Source of the DNA: Epiperipatus broadwayi
Taxonomy: Eukaryota > Animalia > Onychophora
Assembly (NCBI GenBank): GCA_028023455.1
Contig: JAQFVV010000006.1
Location: 10,478,001 to 10,542,000, forward strand
Length of the DNA stretch: 64,000 nucleotides
Direction of reading: 5' to 3'
Shown here: piece by piece, positions 12,361-23,698 of the stretch
Layout of the letters: each line of letters begins with the position of its first letter
Numbering within the stretch: position 1 is the stretch's first letter
The notes under the pieces: model-generated
Databases searched by the model: none
Told to the model about the DNA's origin: nothing
The model's input: the letters and a program-made list of their open reading frames with translations, nothing else
Made by a program: the position numbers and the translations under genes

Positions 12361-12878
12361 ATTACTAACTAATTATCTTATTTAAATATTGATGTGATAT
12401 AATGACCTTTTGTAAGATCTGTGGCATATCTATACACTTTTTTTTATTAAGCATACCAATTGTTTTGGACAATTATTTTCAGCGTTTATATCAAAAAAGC
12501 AGGTAAATATGTTATTGTTTTTAACAGGTATATTGTTAATTTTGTCATGCATGATATAGTTACTAGTAGTAGATGCCTTGATTCAATACTTATGCATTAT
12601 GGACCAGCCTTTTTATTTGGACTTCTCGAACTTCATATGAACTTCCAAACAATAAATCATTTGATTTTTATTTTGCATGATTTTGTACAATGGTAGAGGA
12701 GAGCAAAATCTGAAACTCGAGGTTTATGGATCACTAACCACCTGAATCACATGACATGCAAACGTTTTGAACTTCTGAGCATTAAACCATTTGATCATTA
12801 TTTTTATTATGTAACTATCATTTCTCTTTAACTAATAGCTCATATTTTTTAATTTTATTAGTAGTGGGTAATATGCAC

Positions 12879-13067
<189 letters not shown>

Positions 13068-13117
13068 ACAATTTATTTTATATAACGTGATGCATATAAA
13101 CTGTAATATAAATAATG

Positions 13118-13572
13118 AGCATTAAGCTATTGCACATGCGCTTTGTAGATTTTAAACAATAAATGAATACTCCCACTTTAAACACAAGATAAGTCTTTAC
13201 AAAAGATAGAATGAATCCACCTATCTTTTTGAACCCAAACGCTTATGTATGAGCAAATCTTGAGTCTTTGAAAGTGAGAGCCTGAAGATATTAAGCAAAC
13301 ACTTTAAATTACTTTTTACATGCTTGAATGAAAGATGCTAGCAAAATTTACTACAATTTACGATATGTCATTCTTATTTGAAATTAAATGTATATAAATA
13401 AACAATTTAAATTTAAATTTCAACACTTAAGATTTGCCCATACATAAGTGTTTGGGTTCGAAAAGATAAATGGATTCATTCTATCTTTTCTAAAGACTTA
13501 TCTTGTGTTTGAAGTGGGAGTATTCATTTATTGTTTAAAATCTACAAAGCACATGTGCAATAGTTTAATGCT
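13118..13572. repeat. Fold-back element with ~147-bp inverted arms
   Basis: 13118-13264 is the reverse complement of 13426-13572 with scattered mismatches. Confidence 0.85.
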
Positions 13573-13573
13573 G

Positions 13574-13753
<180 letters not shown>

Positions 13754-13825
13754 GAATAAAAAATACATATTATAATTGTTATTAAAATGATTAATTTTGC
13801 AGTGACTTCATTTTGTTTCTTTTAG

Positions 13826-13862
13826 GTCAATGTTTCCAATAAGTGAAACGGTATATTTAACT
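13826..13862 (+). other. Possible 37-nt exon
   Basis: Strong acceptor ttttgtttcttttag and donor gtaagt; open frame SMFPISETVYLT; no partner exons identified. Confidence 0.25.
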
Positions 13863-15274
13863 GTAAGTATTTCTTAAGTAATGTTATTATTATTATTATT
13901 AAAACTACTACTAGTATTGTTGGTCATTTAATATAAATTTATTTTTTTATAGAATATATTAATATACACTGCATGTGCAAATAAATATAAAATATATTTT
14001 GTGCATGTAGGAGCAACAAAATACTCCATGTTGCACTCAGTTACCATCCATTATAGTTTTTCAATATTTCTCATCCAATTTATTCTATTATCTTATAATC
14101 ACAAACATAATATAAGCGTTAATTAATTTCATGTATTCATTAACTGTTTAATCACGTGACATCTCATTTGATAAGATTATAATGTAAAATAAAATATGTC
14201 TTCTTAAATAAAAAGATTTCATCCAGTATACGACTATAGTCTAAACCATCTATTGGAAACATGAGTAATCAAAGGCCAACAGATGGCAGTGCAATCAAAT
14301 CCTCAGAGTGAAAAGTATTGAATTATCCTACTCATTCGGAAACCGTTTTTACTTGAAGGTTTTAAATACCCTACAGTTTTAGTCTCAAGCCAAGTTATTA
14401 AACTATGTTGAAGATACCAACATAAAGACTTTAATGACCACTGTTTTAAGTCAACTGCCATAACTATAGACTTTGATATTTTGGTAAGAGAATGATAGAT
14501 AGGTAATTATCAGAATATTATAAATTAGGTAAACGTTTTTAAATTTTTGACAAGCTCTATGTAGTAATTAAAAAATTAGAATAAGAATTATAATGGTACC
14601 ATATATGTTAGTAATCCCAATTTCATTGCAATTGTAGACATATATATATATATATATATGATACTAACATAAGATGGCTTAATTATTTCAACTTACAGTA
14701 AACTATAGTGTTTCTCCAAGTCTACTCTAGCGCCATCTATTGTAAGCTTGAATAATCATTAATTACTAATAGTAAAAAAATAATTGAATGGTTTTATTGC
14801 TCAAGAGTTCAAAAGAAATTTGAATACCAGAAATGCCAACACTAGAATTGATCAGAAGAATCTTACTCTCCAAAGTCTTACAATCTTCCATTGAATTAAA
14901 ATCATGAAGAGCAAATGATTTAGTGCAGTGGTAGATAGTTATATCTTGGAGTGTAAGACTCCAGAATCAATTCCAATTGTGGTAATTTTAGCATTCAAAC
15001 TCCTTATAAACCCTTGAGCAATAAAACCTGCTCGTCCTCAGACTGGTTTCTGTTTTTGTCTTTTATAGTAAGATCTTGATATTCAAACCTGAACCTAATG
15101 CAGTTTTGCAGTTTTGCATCAAGCTGTCATCTCAAACATCTTTTTCACTATCAAACTAATAATCTAAAATTTACAGGCTTGGGGTTTGAACCCATGCTTT
15201 GTTGTTTGTGTAGTTACATGAATCTAATAAATAAATACAGGTATATTGTATATACTAAACTTGAGATGTAATTA

Positions 15275-16035
15275 GAGGAGATTTGAACTCCCTTTAGCTA
15301 TTCACTTTATCTTATATAACCAATACCCATGTCCACATACATGTGGAAATAGTAAATGATCTTCAATACACATATTTCACGCTGAACCAGCATTCATCAG
15401 TTAGTCCAGATCATCATCATCATCATCTCTCTCTCTCTCTCACACACACACACATATATATAATCAGTTCTCAATCTATATTAAGATAGCAAATCTTTAA
15501 ACTTTAATGGGCAGGCTTCAGTCATCTCCTTCCTCCAACTCTTCAGTCATCCATATTATTAAAAATATGATGATGGAATAGTCAAAGCCTTTATTGATGC
15601 CAATATTGTTATCATACCCATGTTGAATTAAAGTCACTTTGATCCCTCTTATATATGACCTTAATATGTCCATTTAAATACACATAAGAGGGATAGGCAG
15701 AATTCAGCCTTGAATCTATCATATTGAATAATCTGAACTTTAAACATGTTAAGGTCCTACCTATGAGGGGTCAGACTGGCTTAAAGTCAACATGGATATG
15801 ACAACAATATTGACATCTATAAGAGCTTTGAGCATTCCATCATCAGATTTTCAAAAATATGGATGGCTGAAGAGTTGGAGGGAAGATAACATTGAAGCTT
15901 GTCTATTAAAGTTTGAAAATTTACTATCTTAATATAAACTGAACACTAATTATATATATATGTGGGAAGAGGATGATCTGGACCAATTGAGTAGCTGAAG
16001 GGAGCTTGAAAGTATGTGTTCAAATCTCCTCTAAT
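15275..16035. mobile_element. Family-C HHR element as a large fold-back
   Basis: ~15280-15655 is inverted relative to ~15770-16035; minus-strand HHR at 15363-15405 (CTGATGA-ATGCTG GTT CAGCGT-GAAA). Confidence 0.8.
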
Positions 16036-16728
16036 GAATCTAATATGTTTTGCTTGGAGTAAAGTTTTTAGAAGTCAATAAAGAGAAGGCAGAGGATTAG
16101 AGGAAGTGGAAATGTTGAATTAAAAAAAAAAGAAAAACAATCAGTTAAATATATCAAAAATTGATTAAAAGTAAATTTAAAATAAATATTATTTACTGAC
16201 CAAATTATAAAGCGAAAGTAAAGGATCGGGCGTACTGTGTATAGTTGAAAGTAATAAAAATTATAAATAAAAAATATTTAGGAAGATTACAAATGTAGAG
16301 TGAAAGTGGTAAAAGACATTTGATGACTTTTAAAAAGTAGATGCAATTATATAAAGAATAGAGAAAGTATCGGAAAATTTCGGTAATGTGATAACAGACA
16401 TATAGATATGTAATTAATAGCTTCTTTTTTTTACATTTCAATATATTGTTCCTATCTGTTGGTGAAAAGAATTAACAGTAGTCCTAGAAGAAGGATTTCG
16501 AATACCCATGTCTATTTATTTAGTATATATCCACATAGCTTTCAAAAGCCTACACACTATATTTTTTTTCTACGTTTCAAGTAGGAAAAGGTAAAAAACT
16601 AAGGAAGTAGTAAATGGAATATTGTAAGTGCGTTTGAATTTTATTAACAATAAAACATCTAAATTTAAATAAAACATAATAATGTCTAACTATTAAGTTA
16701 AATAATTTTACTTTTGGGAAATGTATGT

Positions 16729-16955
16729 ATTCAAGCACAAGTGCGTGTGCGGCGCAACTGCTCCCAAAAGCTGTTAATACAAATACAAATAGCTAACTAA
16801 AAATATTTGCATAAATTTAAACGTAAGCAAGCTATGATTATGAAGGCAAGATCCTTTGAAAGCGCTCAGCTGTTTTAATATTTTTAGTTAGCTATTTGTA
16901 TTTGTATTAACAGCTTTTGGGAGCAGTTGCGCCGCACACGCACTTGTGCTTGAAT
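16729..16955. repeat. Perfect 79-bp inverted repeat with 69-bp spacer (MITE-like or fold-back)
   Basis: 16729-16807 matches the reverse complement of 16877-16955 with no mismatch seen; 13-bp direct repeat aatgtctaactat at 16681 and 16953. Confidence 0.9.
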
Positions 16956-17532
16956 GTCTAACTATGTAAAAATGATTGATAATTATTTATGCATTTATTG
17001 GAAAATAATTATTATGAATAAGTGCTTAATAAAAAAAAAAACGCTTTAATTAGTAAATTTATGTTTTATTGTGTGCGCGCGTGCACGTTTTTCTGGTTGA
17101 AAGATGTAAGTATAAATATTCGGTATAATGAAATAGTAAACAACTGACTAAATCTTCTAACAATTTTTTTGTAGTTTATAACACTTGCATTGTTTTAGTG
17201 CAGTTTTAAAGTATTAGACTTTGGAAACTAAAGGACCAATTATCAAATTCTGGCACTTCCGGTGCTCAGATTCTTGTGAACTCCTGAGCAATGACGTCAT
17301 TTAATTTATTTATTTATGACAAGACATTATTTTGTATAAGTTGAATAATAGGCATCTTTTCATTGAAAATCATCAGGTGTTATGGCTAACATAACATTTT
17401 TCTCCTCTATTATAATAATATGCTAATCTTGACAACAGTAATTATTATATTCTTTTTTTTTTATCAAAAGTTTTTTATTTACTTAAGTAAATATCTGCAA
17501 ATTATGCATTTTTTACATACTTTTTTATTGAC

Positions 17533-17572
17533 AGTCAACAGTTTCAACTAAATAGCTGTTTTCTTCAGAACT
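17533..17572 (-). ncRNA. Degenerate hammerhead motif (family D/E-like)
   Basis: Minus strand: GTT-CTGAAGA-AAAC AGCTATTTA GTT-GAAAC-TGTT; cleavage triplet decayed to GUU. Confidence 0.45.
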
Positions 17573-17728
17573 AAAAAAAATGTAAAATTTGATCTAATAT
17601 TTATATACATATAATTATCATTAATTATAATATTCATATATATATATATCAATTGTATAATTATTGTAATTAATCAAAAAATAAAAACATACATCATCTA
17701 TTTATTTATGTGCAAACACATAAACCAA

Positions 17729-17828
17729 CATCAAGCGTTGGTGGCCTAGTGGTTAGCATAGCTGCCTTCCAAGCAGCTGGCCCGGGTTCACTTCCCGGTC
17801 AACACTTTTGACATATGAGAAAAAAAAT
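17729..17828 (+). mobile_element. tRNA-Gly(TCC)-derived SINE or retroposed tRNA pseudogene
   Basis: 17735-17805 folds as a cloverleaf (anticodon arm GCTGC-CTTCCAA-GCAGC) but the T-loop is TTCACTT and the acceptor stem has a mismatch; A-tail; 11-bp TSD ACATAAACCAA (17718, 17829). Confidence 0.85.
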
Positions 17829-18420
17829 ACATAAACCAAACCTAAATATCTATTTATAAACAGTTATACATCTATCTTTTTACTAAATACATCACATTAT
17901 TTCAGGTTTTTCTCTTAGGAGGATATGTTTTTCTCTTGTCTTGTTTTCTTTAATTAATTTTAAATTTTTAAAAGTTTATATTTTACTTTAATGTAATTAG
18001 AATTTACTAGTAAAATTGCTTTATAAATGATATGTAATGAATTGCAGTTTAGAAATGGAAATTTGTATCCTGTATAGGGTGTAAGAAATGTTTGCACTGT
18101 ACCTGTTAAACGTTAGATGAAGCTACCTATGGAATGGATATCTGTGAAAAAGAAGCCATCCTAGATATCCAATGTTTTGTAGAGACCTACAATTTAATGG
18201 TAACACATTAAACTCTGCCATAATGGTTAACAATTCTTCATATTCGATTCTGACTGATATTTTGGGAAATTTTAAATTACTGCTAGCTATCCATTCTGCT
18301 TCACTGAAACTTTGAATTACAGTTGTGGAAGTTTCAAACAGACTATATGTGATAATAAATAAAATAAAGTCATATACCATGTGATTTAATTTAATAAGCT
18401 TATAATTATAAACTAAAATA

Positions 18421-18589
18421 AAGAGCGTGCTAATAGCTTTAACAAGCTTTATCGATAAATGCCGCTCATTAAGGAAAGCCAATAGCTAGAACCGGTCTTG
18501 GAACTGGGGATAATTTCTAGTTAGAGATTTTAAATGATTTCTCTTGCACATTTATTGATAAAGCTTGTTAGAGCTATTAGCACACTCTT
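18421..18589. repeat. Inverted repeat with 41-bp arms
   Basis: 18421-18461 versus 18549-18589, few mismatches. Confidence 0.8.
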
Positions 18590-18633
18590 CATTTCGAAAA
18601 TTTATGTAATTCATGTGAAAATGAAGTCTCTTT

Positions 18634-18747
18634 GTCAAGCGTTGTTAGCCGAGAGGTCATCGCAGCCGCTGTGCAAGCAAGTAGTTGGTTGCAGACGGTT
18701 GGGGGTTCGCCTCCCGGCCGATGCTATGACATATGAAAAAAAAAAAA
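18634..18747 (+). mobile_element. tRNA-Gly-derived SINE
   Basis: tgtcaaGCGTTG..GTTCGCCTCCCGGCCGATGCTATGACATATG-A12; TSD GAAGTCTCTTT (18623, 18748). Confidence 0.85.
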
Positions 18748-19419
18748 GAAGTCTCTTTATTCTAGAAGAAAATTAAAGCTACAGAACGTTTTCAATTGGA
18801 TTATGAAACTGAAACAAAGAGATTTTTGTTATGAAGATTTACTGACAATTATTATAAAATAGTGAAAATACTTGATACTAAAAAATTTTCTATCATAGTA
18901 TTGGCAACTTTTTTTATGTAAAACGCAAATCTGATATTCCACGCTTTAATCTATGTAGTTGAACCAAATCATTTTTGATGAAATGAAACTCTATTATACC
19001 AATTTATGGAATTGTATCAAGCGAAAATAATCAACATATTTGTATAAATCAATATATTACTTCACAAACTAAATATCTTTTATGGTTAACTAAAATGCAA
19101 CAGGTTGGCATTTACACAGAATGGTTTGGCTTATTTTTAGGTGTGATTTGAATTTTTCACTCACTTTAATTAAAAATAAAACGGAGTTAACGGCCTTCTA
19201 ATAATTCCTTCCTAAAGGAAGGTTTTTTCTCAAGAAGAGATTATTCCTGCGTTTAATATTTTTCATTTGAATATGTAAAGTAATCTAATTTTGATGAACT
19301 TGTAACTTATTAAATTAATTTTCGTAATAATTTTTATGGTATAATAATTTTAACTATTATAACTTTATCTTTCTTATTGCATTGCCCAATCCATATAATA
19401 TTAATGTCGTAATGTTTTT

Positions 19420-19758
19420 ATTACCTTTTACAATGCTTTTTATAACTCACTATTGACGGTTTTGATTGCCTGAGCAATCTTCTTCAGAACTTCCCTTTCT
19501 TAAAACAGGCAAAATTCTCCATACAGCAGTGCCACTTAGTGCCATCCAGAGTAATCAATGGATGCTGGGAGACTAGTGCATAAAATTCCCATCTAGTGCC
19601 TACTCATCCAATATCCCCAGACTAGTTTTTGGCTTGTGGCCTTTGTCATATTCTCAAATCTTAACTGCTTTGAGAATATATGTAGAAGTTCTGAAGAAGA
19701 TTGCTGGGGCAATCAAAACTGTCAATAGTATGTTATAAAAAGCATTGTAAAAAGTAAT
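19420..19758. mobile_element. Family-D HHR fold-back with a family-A fragment (19500-19650) in its loop
   Basis: Arms 19420-19493 and 19685-19758; each arm has CTGAAGA-A-GATTGC NNNN GCAATC-AAAAC-(C/T)GTC. Confidence 0.8.
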
Positions 19759-21034
19759 AGAGATCATAAACTATATTAATTTTAACTATGTTATGGCTCA
19801 ATTTATCTTCAAGTAATGGACTTGTTCAGATTCAATCTTATCTTGATCACATTCAACTTTCATCACCAAAGACCAAGGTATATATGTATCAATAAAATAT
19901 ACAGCAATGGCAGAAACAGGCCAATAGTTGAAGATGCTCAGTGAATTCAATTTCTCCCAATAAGGAAGGGAATATGTCTCTAAATTGATCATCCAATTGT
20001 AGGTAGGATCCATCAAACATCCAAATAACTGTCAGAGCTCAACCATCATATAAATGTATGCTCACAAACTGAATCTTGTATTTGAATGAAAAAAACATTT
20101 TTATATTATGGATGGATATTTAATCATTCTTTCTCCAAGGGACTCAATCATATTCTGAAGATGTAATAGTCTTTATAGAAATAGTTATTGATTTTAATTA
20201 TCATATTCCAACACTTGCTTTGCAAAAAATATTTACCGCATTATTAGGGTCATTACTTTATATAGTTTGGGTATGTGTATCATTCTAGGTTTTTTTGCTG
20301 AATTTAATACTCTTGCATCTGATTTTGGATTTATTGTATAGTTACAGCTTCAGTAAAACTATCTTTCTGCATATTTAGCTTATTCTTATCAATCTATATT
20401 GGATTAAATACCATTCTACACTGGAGTGCAAGGAATGCAATGCACCCAGATGGCACACTGTAAAAGCAGCACAAATGACTTGCTTTAATAAAAAAATATA
20501 AATCAATAGATAATCAAAACAATAAATAAAAAAAATTTAAATGTTTCAATACTTGTTTTCACTGATGTTAACTGGTTGTTTTATTTTATTGTAGATATTA
20601 TTTATGTGATATTTGATTTATTTACCAATGCCGTGGTCATATGTAATTTTTAATCAAAAGGGATTTATACCCTACACACATGCACTATAATGTTTTTATA
20701 ATAGCTCAACAATGATTGAGTATGGAATATATTTTCAAACCAAAGCATAAGATAGAGATTTGCATAGGGTGTAGATCCTTCCTGATTAGAGATGTTATTT
20801 ATATATTTGTATTGTTTTATCAGTTAAACTAGATCTATAATTGTGTTTATACTGTTTTCAAGACAGACAACTTTATTGTATTTCGAGGCTTTTTATCAGC
20901 ACTTTTATTTTACATACATATACAGCAAATATACCAGTAGTCTAATTAATAAACAACAGAAATTTTCACTTGAAAATTGCTGTGGAAAGCCATTTAGTGA
21001 TAGCTTTGCACATTTCCTTAACAATTCCATTAAT

Positions 21035-21363
21035 TAAACCACTAAACATCACATGATCACCATTTTTTATGCTTACACAAGCTACTTACACAGGGGTTAA
21101 ACTCTCCATACAATAGCACCCCTTAGTGCAAGCCAGAATAATTCTAAGATCTAGGTGCAATGTTCTTAGATCCAAGGCTCCCCACTGATGAAAGCCACAA
21201 GCTAGAAACTAGTCTGATTAAGCACTATATAGGAATTTTACACACAAACCTTCCTGGATGAGTAGGCAGTAGATAGGTATTTTATGTACAACCTTCCTGC
21301 AGCCATTTATTACTCTAGCTTGCACTGGGTAGTGCTGCTGTATAGAGAGTTTAGCCCCTGTGA
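21035..21363. mobile_element. Family-A fold-back with HHR at ~21180-21216 (+)
   Basis: 12-bp TSD AATTCCATTAAT (21023, 21364); CTGATGA(21185)-AAGC CACAA GCTA-GAAAC-TAGTC. Confidence 0.85.
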
Positions 21364-22568
21364 AATTCCATTAATATTAGCTTCTGAAGAAAGATCTGTT
21401 CTCCAAATTAAAATTAATAAAAAATCACTTACTATCAATATAACCCAAGTAAGACTAATGAATTTAGCAACAGTAAATATAGAAAATAAAATCTGTAATA
21501 ATTTAGATTTAGATGATATAATTAATGATTTTTCTATTATAATAGCCGGAAGAATATAGAGGATATTTTTATACATTATTATATGAATATTTGTTATATG
21601 TATTGTTATTCTATAATAAAAAAATTATATATGTTATATGAAAGTATCAATTTATTATTATTATAATTTTTTTGGAAGAGAGGTAATATAATTTTGTGCC
21701 CAGGTAATACAAACCCATGGAATGGATAATGCATTTGTGAAATTAAACCAGCACCTAAATTATAAATTGTTTTTAATTAAAGGTTTTATTTCAGATCATG
21801 TTGTAACTATATTTATTGTATGTAATTACAGGCAGCAGGTAAATACTTATTCATATGTTAAGTTATTTCATATAAAATTTAAAAACTTTATTAGCTAATC
21901 GGAGCTGGGGTAGCATTTTTGGTTGGAAGTGAAACTGATTTTGCATTTTTACAATTTCAGGATATTTGTAAATCCTTAATTACAAACTGAATTGTTCATC
22001 TTAAATTGAAAAGCAATATTAGAAGATGCACTGCATGGATAACTAATAATAAATAGAAAAATATTAATAAAAAGAAATTATTTTATATTTTTGAATGGGA
22101 ATTTAATAAATTAAAAAAAGTTAGTTACTAAAATTAAATTTTATATCAGATGATTAAAATGTTAATATTATCAAAAAAAAATTAATGATAAAAATATTTA
22201 TTTGAAATGGAAATTGGTTACTTCTTTAGTAACAAAACTTTTGTGAAACTGAATTTAATTTATAAAAACACAATAGAAATTCATTTAAAGTTCAAAATAA
22301 TTAAAAATATGTTCTTGATTTATTTAGTAATTTTTGTCATTTCTGCCAATAGAGACAAAATTTGTCATTCACCTCTTCTAGCTTTTAATTTCTTTTTATG
22401 TATGGATATTACTGATTTTCAATTGTCTTACATAATTGATCATTTAAATACTGATTATTCAATCAGATTACATAGTTTAACACCAGAAATCGTACAGAAA
22501 ATAAATCTCATTGTATATTTTTTAAGATCTGAATCATTTGCCATATTTTTGAAAGGTTGTATTATGCC

Positions 22569-22945
22569 TGTCAAGCATTGGTGGTCAAGTGGTCAGCATA
22601 GCTGCCTTACAAGCAGTTGTGGGTTTTCATCATCAGATATTCAATGGTGTGGATGGTTGAAAAGTTGTAGGCTGGATTAGATTGAAGTCTGTCCATTAAA
22701 GTATGAAGATTTGCTATCTTAATATAAAACTGAGCACTGATTACATATATGTGTGAGAGATGATAATCTGGACCAACTGATGAATGCTGGTTTAGCATGA
22801 AATATGTATATTGGTGATTACTTATCTTTTCTACATGTGTGTGGTCATATGTATCAGTTGTATACTTGAAAATATGAGTTCAAATCCCCTATACTTACAA
22901 ATAAGTTCCCAGGTTTGTGAAGAGTGCCTGGTTTTCAAATATTTA
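22569..22945 (+). mobile_element. Chimera: tRNA-Gly SINE head fused to a 5'-truncated family-C HHR element
   Basis: SINE 5' part 22569-~22626 (A-box, anticodon arm) joins directly to family-C sequence. Confidence 0.75.
22772..22815 (+). ncRNA. Intact minimal type-I hammerhead ribozyme, family C
   Basis: ACCAA-CTGATGA-ATGCTG GTT TAGCAT-GAAA-TATGTAT-A|TTGGT: 5-bp stem I, 6-bp stem II, near-palindromic stem III, AUA site after 22810. Confidence 0.8.
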
Positions 22946-23596
22946 TATAATATTTTAGTGGATGTTTTAGATGGAAATATTTACTGAGTGGAGTTATTCA
23001 TTTATAATTACTTAATTAGAAAGGACTTTATCTAGATCAGTAGGTAATAAAAACCAACTGCCCCAGGCCAAGAGTTAAAGTAAAATTGTCAGACTGATTG
23101 CATTCAAAAGAAGGATCCTCTTTTGAATGTCACTCCAAATATAATAAAGAAAATGAAGCACTGTAGTTTACATTTATAAGTGCAAGAAATCAAAATATAG
23201 CAAACTTTTCAATTTTCTTACTAATTATAATAAATCTCTCCAGTGATAAGTTATGTATTGCAATATAATATTTTTAATGGATGTTTTAGGTGAAAATATT
23301 TAATGTATGAATTTATCTATTTATATTTACTTAATTAGGAAGCATTTTACTTAGAACAGTAGTTAATGAAAAGCAATCACCCAGGTTAGGCATATATATA
23401 TAATTGTTTTACAATTGTTGTTTTTGAATTCTGAAAAAGAGTGACATTAAGTTAAAACTCAGCTATTAGTAATAAAAAAGGTATTGTGAAAAATACATAA
23501 TTTATTAAGTATATAGATTTAATAGAAGTAATGATAACAGATGTGATCTATCTCAAATATGCCACTATAATAATAACAAGCAGCGACAGACATCAG

Positions 23597-23698
23597 TTTT
23601 TTTATGTGTCATAGCATTGACTGGGAAGCAAACCTACTAACCTGGGACAACTGCTTGTAAGGCAGCCATGCAGACCTCTCGACTACCAATGCTTGACA
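23597..23698 (-). mobile_element. tRNA-Gly-derived SINE
   Basis: Reverse complement of the 28184-28290 family sequence, with T-run tail at the left. Confidence 0.8.

Noticed and set aside
17735-17805. Functional tRNA-Gly(TCC) gene
   Set aside because: T-loop/B-box is TTCACTT, the acceptor stem has a mismatch, and A-tail plus 11-bp TSD indicate retroposition
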